Part shown: one piece after another, positions 26,467 through 35,771 of the stretch
How positions within the stretch are numbered: position 1 is the stretch's first letter
How the letters are laid out: each line of letters begins with the position of its first letter
Assembly: GCA_964399465.1 (NCBI GenBank)
Contig: CAYNRA010000006.1
Span: 1,060 to 65,059, forward strand
Direction: 5' to 3'
DNA from: an uncultured Cytophagales bacterium
GTDB lineage: Bacteria > Bacteroidota > Bacteroidia > Cytophagales > Spirosomataceae
Length of the DNA: 64,000 nucleotides
Notes under the pieces: model-generated
Told to the model about the DNA's origin: nothing
Seen by the model: only the letters and a program-made list of their open reading frames with translations
Databases searched by the model: none
Position numbers and translations under genes: made by a program

Positions 26467-29058
26467 ATGATTGAAGAACCTATAGAAAACAACGAACAAA
26501 CACCACCAAGAGAGTTGATTGACCAAATGTTCGAGAACTATTTCTTGGACTACGCATCCTACGTTATTCTAGAAAGAGCCGTTCCGGCAGGAGAAGATGG
26601 GTTAAAACCAGTGCAGAGAAGATTTTTGCATGCACTCAAAGAAATGGATGACGGGCGTTTCAATAAAGTAGCTAACGTTATTGGGGCAACCATGCAATAC
26701 CACCCACATGGGGATGCTTCCATAGGCGACGCCATCGTGACCATTGGACAAAAAGAATTATTACTAGATATTCAGGGAAATTGGGGTGATATTCGAACGG
26801 GAGATAGTGCTGCTGCTCCAAGATATATTGAGGTTCGTTTGTCTAAATTTGCACACGACGTTTTATTCAATGAGGATATTACAGAATGGCAACTTTCTTA
26901 CGATGGACGAAAAAGAGAACCTGTAACGCTACCTGCTAAGTTTCCGTTGGTTCTTGAGTTAGGTGTTGAAGGAATTGCAGTGGGTTTATCTACGAAAATC
27001 ATGCCCCATAACTTCGTAGAAATTTGTCAGGCATGCATTGCTTATTTAAGAAAACAGAAATTTACCTTATATCCTGATTTTTTAACGGGCGGGCTCATTG
27101 ACGTCAGTAATTATAACGACGGTATGCGTGGCGGTCGTGTGAAAGTTCGTGCGAAAATTGAGGAACAAGACAAGAAAACATTGGTTATCCGCGATATACC
27201 ATTCAGTACAACGACTTCTAGTCTCATTGATTCTATCATCAAAGCGAACGACCAAGGCAAAATTAAAATCAAAAAGGTAGAAGACAACACAGCTCGGGAT
27301 GTCGAAATCATTGTACATCTAGCTCCTAATACCTCCCCTGATATCACGATTGATGCTCTCTATGCCTTTACGCAATGTGAAGTCTCAATCTCACCAAATG
27401 CTGTTATCATTTTAGATAATAAGCCCCATTTTGTAGGTGTCAGTGATATTTTGAAAGCCTCCACAGATCAAACGCTTCATTTGCTCCAACGTGAATTAGA
27501 AATTCGTAAAAATGAGCTGATGGAAAAACTCCTGTATAGCTCACTTGAAAAAATATTCATTGAAAAACGAATTTACCGAGATATTGAAGAATGTACCACG
27601 TTTGAGGAGGTGATTCAGACGATAGACAAAGGACTAACTCCTTATAAATCAGATTTTTACAGAGAGATTATTGAAGAAGACATCATTCGTTTAACCGAAA
27701 TACGGATCAAACGTATCTCTAAATACGATGCATTTAAAGCAGACGAATTGATGCGAAAACAGCAAGAAGAGCTGGCACAAGTAGAAGATAACTTACAAAA
27801 TATTGTTCGCTACGCGATAGAGTTTTATCAAATGCTGTTAAAAAAATACAGCAAAGGCAGAGAAAGACGGACAGAAATCAGAGAGTTTGGAGATGTACAA
27901 GCAGCAGTTGTAGCAGCTAATAACCAAAAATTATATGTAGATCGTGTTGGAGGTTTTGTCGGTTATGGATTAAAGAAAGACGAATACGTGATGGATTGCT
28001 CAGATATTGACGACATTATTGTATTCAGAAAGGATGGTAAATACTTGATTACCAAGATTCAAGATAAAACATTTGTAGGAAAAGACATTATTCATTGTGC
28101 CGTTTACAGAAAAAATGACGAGCGAATGGTTTACAATGTAATTTATTCGGACGGACAAACGGGCAGAACATTCGCCAAGCGTTTTCCGGTCACGTCCGTA
28201 ACACGTGACAAAGAATACGATGTGACAAAGGGTACACCCAAATCAAAGGTGCATTATTTTTCTGCAAATGAAAACGGAGAAGCGGAGCAAGTCACTATTC
28301 ATCTGACCGCTGCTAGTACAGCGAAAAAGAAAGTATTTGAGTGGGATTTTGCAGAAAATGACATCAAAAACCGGTCTGCTTTGGGTTATTTAGTGACCAA
28401 ATATCCTGTCCGGAAAGTGGCATTCAAAACGGCAGGAAAGTCCACACTTGGTGGCGTAGATATTTGGTATTTACCAACGATTGGTCGCCTGAACAAAGAC
28501 GAACATGGGCAGTTTTTAGGAAATTTTGGAGCAGATGATAAGATTATTGTCTTGTACAAAAATGGCGAATATGAATTGACAAATTTTGAGTTAACAAATC
28601 ACTATGACCCCAAACAAGTGAGCATTATTGCGCAATTCCAGCCTGATAGCGTGGTAAGTGCAGTTTATATGGACGGTGAGCAGAAGAATTATTACGTCAA
28701 GCGTTTCAAAATTGAGACGACCACATTAGATAAAAAATTTAATTTCATTTCTGACCATCCAAAAAGTGAACTCTTGGCTATTTCTTATGATGAAATGCCA
28801 CGTGTTGAGATTACTTTCAAGCGTGAAAAACGCTCTTCCCCTATTGAAAAAGAAATTGTCAAGCTTGAGGAATTTGTAGATGTTCGAGGATGGAAAGCAA
28901 TGGGGAATAAAATCCCTTTCGATAAAATTCTTCAAGTTACCACGTTGGCTTCAGAAAAAATAGTAGTTCCTTTGGAAAAAGAACTTACTCAAAACCAAGA
29001 AAATAACATTGACGATGAAGGGGAAGACACTACTGAAAACCAATTGGCTCTGTTCTAA
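26467..29058 (+). CDS. parC: DNA topoisomerase IV subunit A
   Basis: 863 aa. Motifs KPVQRRFLHAL, QYHPHGD and the catalytic-Tyr region AAPRYIEVRL. Size and the absence of a GyrA box favour ParC over GyrA. Confidence 0.85.
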   Translation: MIEEPIENNEQTPPRELIDQMFENYFLDYASYVILERAVPAGEDGLKPVQRRFLHALKEMDDGRFNKVANVIGATMQYHPHGDASIGDAIVTIGQKELLLDIQGNWGDIRTGDSAAAPRYIEVRLSKFAHDVLFNEDITEWQLSYDGRKREPVTLPAKFPLVLELGVEGIAVGLSTKIMPHNFVEICQACIAYLRKQKFTLYPDFLTGGLIDVSNYNDGMRGGRVKVRAKIEEQDKKTLVIRDIPFSTTTSSLIDSIIKANDQGKIKIKKVEDNTARDVEIIVHLAPNTSPDITIDALYAFTQCEVSISPNAVIILDNKPHFVGVSDILKASTDQTLHLLQRELEIRKNELMEKLLYSSLEKIFIEKRIYRDIEECTTFEEVIQTIDKGLTPYKSDFYREIIEEDIIRLTEIRIKRISKYDAFKADELMRKQQEELAQVEDNLQNIVRYAIEFYQMLLKKYSKGRERRTEIREFGDVQAAVVAANNQKLYVDRVGGFVGYGLKKDEYVMDCSDIDDIIVFRKDGKYLITKIQDKTFVGKDIIHCAVYRKNDERMVYNVIYSDGQTGRTFAKRFPVTSVTRDKEYDVTKGTPKSKVHYFSANENGEAEQVTIHLTAASTAKKKVFEWDFAENDIKNRSALGYLVTKYPVRKVAFKTAGKSTLGGVDIWYLPTIGRLNKDEHGQFLGNFGADDKIIVLYKNGEYELTNFELTNHYDPKQVSIIAQFQPDSVVSAVYMDGEQKNYYVKRFKIETTTLDKKFNFISDHPKSELLAISYDEMPRVEITFKREKRSSPIEKEIVKLEEFVDVRGWKAMGNKIPFDKILQVTTLASEKIVVPLEKELTQNQENNIDDEGEDTTENQLALF

Positions 29059-30973
29059 GCTAGTAAGAAGTCATTCATTAGCCCTTATCCATATACTATT
29101 TCACCTCTTTTTGTTGTCACAAAGTGTTGGACAACAAAAAGAGGCGATTTTTGTCGTCAAAATACACCCATCTGCTACAAAACCCGACAAGCTATATATC
29201 GCCACAGACCTAAACGAATGGAATCCAAGGAATGCAGAATACAAACTCAAAAAGCAGAATGATAGTACATTTATCATTTCTTTGCCACTTCCTAAAAAAG
29301 GCTTTGAATTCAAATTTACGCAAGGAACTTGGGGCTTAACGGAAGGAACCTCGCGTGGCGAACCCATCATAAATCGCCGTTTTTCTACAGAAATATTAGG
29401 TGAACATCCCATCTATTATTTTGAAATTTTAGGATGGGAAAGGCATCACTCTTACCAGTTCATCATTCAGAAGCTACCTGAAAACACACCACATGATGCA
29501 GCTATTTACTTGACAGGAAATTTTAATAATTGGGATCCTGCAAATACGGAATATAAACTTATTCGACGGATAGACGGTGTTTTTGAAACAACTATCTATA
29601 CCGATTTACCCAAACTAGAGTATAAGTTTACACGTGGTAACTGGGCGTCAGTTGAAGCGAGAGAAAATGGAAAAGCGAGACCAAACAGAACGTTCATTGC
29701 GAATGAAAAAGACACATTTGCTTCTATTCCGGTAGCTATCAATGGTTGGGAAGATCTGAATGGCTCTTTGCATTTATTCTCCTTGGTGGATCTACTCTTA
29801 CTTTTTTCTGTCTTTCAGGGCTTTTTACTCATTATTGCCATACCGACTATCCAAACGAATAATAAGGAAGCAAATAAATGGTTACTTGTCACTCTGGGTA
29901 TTTCATCTATCATGCTCTTGTTATATATCTTTGGAAATTATCAAGAAATTGCCAATAGATTTCCCAAAATACTGCTACTTTCAGACTTCATTCTTTTTAT
30001 ATATAGTCCCCTTTATTACTTTTATTTAGTAAAACTTCTATTTAAAAACTCAGGATTTCCATCAAGATGGTATTGGCACTTTTTTGCATTCGGTGTACAA
30101 TTCATCATTTACTTACCCTTCCTTTTTAAAGATGATACAAATCTTTTGGAAGATCTAATGAATCAAGATTGGCCGCTCATCTCCTTATTTACTGCAAGTG
30201 GTTTTTTTGGGTTAGTATGGAATATCTATTATTGGCGTTTGTTTAAGAAAACGGTACAATCTTACCAACATGCTTTTCATACCAATTTCTCTGATGACCA
30301 AAACCTACATTATTTGCAGGCTGTCTCATGGATACAATTACTCACGCTACTTCTTTGGTCTTTCTTTTTTATACTAATGGCAGTGAGCAAAATAGGTAAT
30401 TTCGAGTTGACAAACACACTCGAAAATCTCATTGATTTCATTTGGCTTTCTTTTTCGCTAATACCTTTTTTTATTGGCTATTATGCCATACACCAACCAG
30501 AAACATTCAAGGCATCCCCTACTTATCTATCTATTTTTGATGATGTTTTAGACACAACCGTAAGTGCCTCCGTTCAAGATGACAACTCATTACTTACAAA
30601 TCCGGACGAAACACAGGAAGATTTAAAACCTATTGCAGATAAGTTACAAAAGTATATGGAAAAAAATCGTCCCTATACAAATCCAAAGTTAAGTTTGACT
30701 GAACTGGCCAATCAACTCAAAGTTCCTCCTCACGTTTTATCAAAAGTTTTGAATGATTTATTCGGAAAAAATTTCTTTGACTTCATCAATTCATATCGTA
30801 TCGAGGCATTCAAAACAATGCTGCAAGACAATAAGAATGCACAGTTCACTTTATTAAGTTTAGCTTATGAAGTGGGCTTCAACTCAAAGACTGCCTTCAA
30901 CCGCTCCTTCAAGAAACATACAGATTTAACCCCTCGAGAATACCTAGAACAACTTAAAAAAGAAACAACTTAG
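29015..30973 (+). CDS. membrane-bound AraC-family regulator with two N-terminal CBM48/AMPK-beta-like glycogen-binding modules and 7 TM segments
   Basis: The first ATG is at 29015; the ORF track start at 29009 is TTG. There is a signal-like segment LALIHILFHLFLLSQSVG. Two repeated modules carry DLNEWNP..FEFKFTQGTW and LTGNFNNWDP..EYKFTRGNW. Seven hydrophobic helices follow. The C-terminal HTH_AraC reads LTELANQLKVPPHVLSKVLN..LAYEVGFNSKTAFNRSFKKHT. Confidence 0.85.
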   Translation: MKGKTLLKTNWLCSKLVRSHSLALIHILFHLFLLSQSVGQQKEAIFVVKIHPSATKPDKLYIATDLNEWNPRNAEYKLKKQNDSTFIISLPLPKKGFEFKFTQGTWGLTEGTSRGEPIINRRFSTEILGEHPIYYFEILGWERHHSYQFIIQKLPENTPHDAAIYLTGNFNNWDPANTEYKLIRRIDGVFETTIYTDLPKLEYKFTRGNWASVEARENGKARPNRTFIANEKDTFASIPVAINGWEDLNGSLHLFSLVDLLLLFSVFQGFLLIIAIPTIQTNNKEANKWLLVTLGISSIMLLLYIFGNYQEIANRFPKILLLSDFILFIYSPLYYFYLVKLLFKNSGFPSRWYWHFFAFGVQFIIYLPFLFKDDTNLLEDLMNQDWPLISLFTASGFFGLVWNIYYWRLFKKTVQSYQHAFHTNFSDDQNLHYLQAVSWIQLLTLLLWSFFFILMAVSKIGNFELTNTLENLIDFIWLSFSLIPFFIGYYAIHQPETFKASPTYLSIFDDVLDTTVSASVQDDNSLLTNPDETQEDLKPIADKLQKYMEKNRPYTNPKLSLTELANQLKVPPHVLSKVLNDLFGKNFFDFINSYRIEAFKTMLQDNKNAQFTLLSLAYEVGFNSKTAFNRSFKKHTDLTPREYLEQLKKETT

Positions 30974-31090
30974 TACCATTTTAAGAAAAAGGTACTAAAA
31001 ACCATACACAACTACCTATTTATCAGCAACTTATAACTATTTCTTGAAATAATTATAAAATTACAATATGGTACGACTAATAGGACATTT

Positions 31091-31150
31091 TATTGATAAT
31101 TTTGTGCATTCCCTTGTACCCCTTTGTGCAAGGGTGACCAATTATCAATA
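31091..31150 (+). promoter_or_regulatory. repeat-rich candidate operator/promoter upstream of susC
   Basis: An 11-bp perfect inverted repeat TATTGATAATT (31091-31101) / AATTATCAATA (31140-31150). Direct repeats TTTGTGCA at 31101-31108 and 31123-31130 have starts 22 bp apart. Inner stem CCCTTG/CAAGGG. A TAATTTTG -7-like motif lies at 31097-31104. Confidence 0.45.
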
Positions 31151-31167
31151 CTTTAACAAAAAGTCTT

Positions 31168-34143
31168 ATGCAGAGAAGTTGTACACACACTTCGGGTAGC
31201 TCTCGAAAACCTTCGCATTTTGTGGGCTTTATCGCCACACTCTCTTTGTTTTTTTTTATCTCACTTAGCACTTTTGCCCAACGAACAGTAACGGGTAAAG
31301 TGACTGACGGAACAGATAAATCAGCAATGCCTGGTGTAACTGTCCAAGTGAAAGGAAGCACACAAGGAACACAAACAGACGCACAAGGAAACTACTCCAT
31401 CGCTGTTTCAGAAAATAGCACGTTGGTATTTAGTTTCATTGGAAAAACCACACAAGAAGTCGTGGTTGGAAACAAATCTGCCATTTCAGTTGAGTTGGTA
31501 GATGATTCTCAAATTTTGAATGAAGTAGTCGTCATTGGTTACGGAAGTCAGAAAAAGAAAGATTTAACAGGATCTGTGGTGAGTATTTCATCCGCTGATT
31601 TCGTTAAAGGGCAATTAACAACGCCAGAGCAACTTGTATCTGGTAAATTAGCTGGTGTTCAGATTACTTCAAATGGAGGTGCGCCAGGTAGCGGTAGCAC
31701 CATTCGTATTCGTGGAGGTTCTTCACTAAATGCCAACAATGATCCATTAATCGTTTTGGATGGTGTTCCTTTGGACAATAATGGTATTTCTGGCTCACCA
31801 AATGCACTCAGCTTGATTAACCCGAATGATATTGAGACTTTCACCGTATTGAAAGATGCATCGGCTACTGCCATTTATGGTTCACGTGCATCCAATGGGG
31901 TAATTCTAATTACAACAAAAAAAGGCTCTAAAACTGGGAAAATGCGTGTGAACTTCAGCACATTGGCCTCTTCAGCATCCCGCATGAACGATGTCAACAC
32001 ACTGAACGCAACCGAATTTACAGATTTAGTTCGCTCACGTGGAAATGCCACGCAAATCGCAGCTCTTGGCACAGAAAACACAAACTGGGCTGACCAAATC
32101 TACCGTACTGCCTACACAACAGACAATAACCTGAGCGTTAGTGGTGCAGCGAAAGGAGTTCCTTACCGTGTTTCTTTGGGTTATTTAAACCAAAATGGTA
32201 TTTTGAAGACATCCAATATGGGTAGAACATCAGGTTCATTGAACCTCTCTCCTACTTTCTTGGATAACCATTTGAAAGTGGACATCAATTTGAAAGGCTC
32301 TATCACAGATAACCGTTTTGCAGATCAAGGCGCAATTGGTTCAGCTGTTTTCTTTGACCCAACTCAACCTGTTTTCTCAGGGAACGAATTGTATAATGGG
32401 TATTTCGAATGGTTAGATCCATCCACAGGAAGACCTAATACATTGGCACCACGCAACCCGCTTGCTATGCTTGAAATGCGTAACAATACAAGTAATGTTC
32501 AACGAAGCATTGGAAACATGGTTTTGGATTATAAATTCCATTTTTTACCTGAGTTACGTGCTAATTTGAATGTAGCATACGATATTTCAGCAAGTTCGGG
32601 TTCAAATCTTGTTCCAGCAACCTCTGCATTAGCATTCAACAGAAATGGGCAGGAATTGACCTATTCACAGAATAAAAACAACAAAACGTTGGAGTTTTAT
32701 TTAAATTATGTGAAAGACTTACCTTCTATTAGTAGCCGTATTGACGTGATGGGTGGTTATTCCTACCAAGACTTCATTCGTGAAAATACAGACTTAGATG
32801 TGAATTTGAACGGAGAAGTATTCCGCGATTTTTACTACAAAACACAAAATACACTTGTTTCATTCTATGGTCGTGCAAACTACTCATTATTAGACAAGTA
32901 TGTAGCGACTGTGACGATACGTCAAGACGGTTCTTCGCGTTTTTCACCAGAGACACGTTGGGGTTTATTCCCTTCCGCAGCATTGGCATGGAAAATCTCT
33001 GAAGAAGGTTTCTTGAAAGGAAACAATGTATTTTCTGAGTTAAAACTTCGTTTGGGTTATGGTGTGACAGGTCAACAAGATATTGGTAGCGATTACCCGT
33101 ATTTGCCTCGATACACGTTAAGCCAATCAACTGCTCAATACCAATTTGGTAATGCGTTCTTGCCAACACTTCGCCCAGAAGGATACGACGCCAACATCAA
33201 ATGGGAAGAGACAGTTACCTATAATGCAGGGATTGATTTCGCCTTGAAGAAAGGTAGAATTTCAGGTAGCATCGACTACTACTCACGTTTGACCAAAGAC
33301 TTGTTGAGTGTTATTCCAGTTCCAGCGGGTTCAAACCTAACGAACCAATTATTAACCAATGTGGGTAATATTGAGAACGAAGGTGTCGAGTTTAGCATCA
33401 ATACGACACCAATTGCTACGAAAAATGTAAACTGGGATTTAGGTTTCAACATTACGTACAATCAAAATACAATCACCAACTTAACGAAAGTAGCTGACCC
33501 AACATTCCCAGGAATTTTAACTGGTGGAATTGGCGGTGGTGTAGGAAATACAGCACAAATCCACACGGTAGGCTATCCAGTAAGTACTTTCTATCTATAT
33601 AATCAAGTATATGACACCAACGGCAAACCATTGGAAGGCGTATATGAAGATCAAAATGGTGATGGAGTAATTACGCCAGAAGATAGAATTCGCTATGAAG
33701 CACCGCAATCCGATGTATTCTTGGGCTTATCTTCTCAAATCTCGATTGGCAAGTTTTCAGCAGGTTTTGTATCAAGAGCAAACGTTGGCAACTTCGTTTA
33801 CAATAACGTAAACTCCAATGCAGGCGTTTTCCGAGTGACTTCGAATCCATTTTTGACTAACGTGACATCTGATGCATTGGTCACAGGCTTTGCAAACAAC
33901 CAATACTTCAGCAATTATTATTTACAGAATGCTTCGTTTTTCCGGATTGATAACATCAATTTTGGATACAGTTTAGGTAAGATTTTCAATAAAAAAGCAG
34001 ATGCGTCGATTAACGCGAATATTCAAAACGCGTTGGTAATTACCAAGTATAACGGATTAGACCCAGAAGTGGGTGGCGGGATTGATAACAATTTCTACCC
34101 ACGTCCACGCGTATTCACACTTGGCGTAAACATTGGATTTTAA
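31168..34143 (+). CDS. SusC/RagA family TonB-linked outer-membrane protein
   Basis: 991 aa. Signal peptide ending FAQ, a carboxypeptidase-regulatory-like domain (TVTGKVTDGTDKSAMPGVTVQVKG), the plug motif VVVIGYGSQKKKDLTGSV, and a terminal F. Confidence 0.95.
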   Translation: MQRSCTHTSGSSRKPSHFVGFIATLSLFFFISLSTFAQRTVTGKVTDGTDKSAMPGVTVQVKGSTQGTQTDAQGNYSIAVSENSTLVFSFIGKTTQEVVVGNKSAISVELVDDSQILNEVVVIGYGSQKKKDLTGSVVSISSADFVKGQLTTPEQLVSGKLAGVQITSNGGAPGSGSTIRIRGGSSLNANNDPLIVLDGVPLDNNGISGSPNALSLINPNDIETFTVLKDASATAIYGSRASNGVILITTKKGSKTGKMRVNFSTLASSASRMNDVNTLNATEFTDLVRSRGNATQIAALGTENTNWADQIYRTAYTTDNNLSVSGAAKGVPYRVSLGYLNQNGILKTSNMGRTSGSLNLSPTFLDNHLKVDINLKGSITDNRFADQGAIGSAVFFDPTQPVFSGNELYNGYFEWLDPSTGRPNTLAPRNPLAMLEMRNNTSNVQRSIGNMVLDYKFHFLPELRANLNVAYDISASSGSNLVPATSALAFNRNGQELTYSQNKNNKTLEFYLNYVKDLPSISSRIDVMGGYSYQDFIRENTDLDVNLNGEVFRDFYYKTQNTLVSFYGRANYSLLDKYVATVTIRQDGSSRFSPETRWGLFPSAALAWKISEEGFLKGNNVFSELKLRLGYGVTGQQDIGSDYPYLPRYTLSQSTAQYQFGNAFLPTLRPEGYDANIKWEETVTYNAGIDFALKKGRISGSIDYYSRLTKDLLSVIPVPAGSNLTNQLLTNVGNIENEGVEFSINTTPIATKNVNWDLGFNITYNQNTITNLTKVADPTFPGILTGGIGGGVGNTAQIHTVGYPVSTFYLYNQVYDTNGKPLEGVYEDQNGDGVITPEDRIRYEAPQSDVFLGLSSQISIGKFSAGFVSRANVGNFVYNNVNSNAGVFRVTSNPFLTNVTSDALVTGFANNQYFSNYYLQNASFFRIDNINFGYSLGKIFNKKADASINANIQNALVITKYNGLDPEVGGGIDNNFYPRPRVFTLGVNIGF

Positions 34144-34175
34144 ATTACAAAAGCACACATCAAAAACAAGACAAA

Positions 34176-35756
34176 ATGAAGATTTGGAATAAATATTCAA
34201 AAGTAGCGTCACTTGCCCTCGGTTTAACCGTCGTTAGTGCCTCTTGTATAAACGATTTAGATCGCAAGCCATTCATTGAAGTAACCTCTGCGACTGTCTA
34301 TGACAATCCGGCAAGCTACAAAAACGTATTAGCAAAACTTTATGCAGGCTTAGCTGTAACAGGACAGGAAGGTCCTGCTGGTATGCCCGATATTAGTGGA
34401 ATTGACGAAGGTTTTTCTGCGTATCTACGCCAATATTGGCAAGCGCAACAGCTGCCAACAGACGAATCAGTTATTGGCTGGAACGATGGTAGCTTACCTG
34501 ATTTCCATGATATGGATTGGACATCGAATAACGAATTTATCACTGCACTTTATAACCGTATTTTCTATCAGGTGACATTGTGTAACGAATTTATTCGGGA
34601 AACGTCTCCTGAAAAATTAGCGTCACGCAATTTATCAGGTCCAGAATACGCGGCTTACAGAGCAGAGGCTCGTTTCTTGCGAGCATTGAGTTATTACCAC
34701 GCATTGGATATGTTTGGAAATGTGCCGTTTGTAACTGAAAATGACGCACCAGGTTCCTTTTTGCCTAAACAAACCAACCGTGCTGAATTATTCGCCTATG
34801 TAGAATCTGAGCTCAAAGCAATTGAAAATGAGCTTCCTTCTCCACGTCAGAATGAATACGGCCGTGCTGATAAAGCAGCTGCTTGGATGTTGTTAGCTAA
34901 ATTGTACTTGAATGCACAAGTCTATATTGGTACGCCAAAATATACAGAAACGATAGAGCAAACGAAGAAAATCATTGCTGCGGGATATTCATTACACCCG
35001 AACTATCAAGGTCTTTTCCTAACTGATAATAACAAATCACCTGAAATTATCTTTGCTATCCGTTTTGATGGATTAAATACTAAATCATGGGGCGGAATGA
35101 CTTATTTGGTACATGCACCTGTAGGTGGATCAATGAATCCAGCAGAATTTGGTATAAATGGGGGTTGGTCAGGATTGCGTACGACTCCATCATTGGTAAC
35201 GAAATTCCCTTCACCAAATGGACCAGACAAACGAGCGATTTTCCATACTGACGGACAAAATATCAACGTAGAGGATATTTTCACATTTACGGATGGGTAT
35301 GCAGTAGGAAAATATAAAAATGTAGATGTAAATGGTCGCCCAGGTACAGACTCTGAAGGTAATCACCCAGATACAGACTACCCAATGTTCCGTTTAGCAG
35401 ATGCGTACTTAATGTATGCAGAGGCAGTTCTTCGTGGTGGTACAGGCGGTGATTTAGCAACAGCACTTGGCTACGTAAATCTTCTTCGCCAAAGAGCTTA
35501 TGGTGGTACATCTGGAAATGTAAATAGTATTAATCTTGATTTTATCCTAGATGAGCGCAGTAGAGAGTTGTACTGGGAAGCAACTCGTCGTACAGACTTA
35601 ATTCGTTTCAATAAATTTACTGGAAGTGAGTATGTATGGCAGTGGAAAGGTGGCGTACAAGCAGGAAGAGGGGTAAGTGATCATCTTAAATTATATCCAA
35701 TACCTGCTTCAGACATTGTGGCAAATCCTAATTTAAAACAAAATCCTGGTTATTAA
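34176..35756 (+). CDS. SusD/RagB family nutrient-binding outer-membrane lipoprotein
   Basis: 526 aa. Lipobox VVSASC. It lies 32 nt after susC. The TPR-like SusD core contains RAEARFLRALSYYHALDMFGNVPF. Confidence 0.95.
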   Translation: MKIWNKYSKVASLALGLTVVSASCINDLDRKPFIEVTSATVYDNPASYKNVLAKLYAGLAVTGQEGPAGMPDISGIDEGFSAYLRQYWQAQQLPTDESVIGWNDGSLPDFHDMDWTSNNEFITALYNRIFYQVTLCNEFIRETSPEKLASRNLSGPEYAAYRAEARFLRALSYYHALDMFGNVPFVTENDAPGSFLPKQTNRAELFAYVESELKAIENELPSPRQNEYGRADKAAAWMLLAKLYLNAQVYIGTPKYTETIEQTKKIIAAGYSLHPNYQGLFLTDNNKSPEIIFAIRFDGLNTKSWGGMTYLVHAPVGGSMNPAEFGINGGWSGLRTTPSLVTKFPSPNGPDKRAIFHTDGQNINVEDIFTFTDGYAVGKYKNVDVNGRPGTDSEGNHPDTDYPMFRLADAYLMYAEAVLRGGTGGDLATALGYVNLLRQRAYGGTSGNVNSINLDFILDERSRELYWEATRRTDLIRFNKFTGSEYVWQWKGGVQAGRGVSDHLKLYPIPASDIVANPNLKQNPGY

Positions 35757-35771
35757 TTCGAAAGATTACAA

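Noticed and set aside
30074-30088. A sigma-54-like promoter string TGGCAC-TTTTTT-GCA.
   Set aside because: The GG-to-GC spacing is one nucleotide short of the -24/-12 consensus, and the site lies inside the coding region of the AraC-type regulator.
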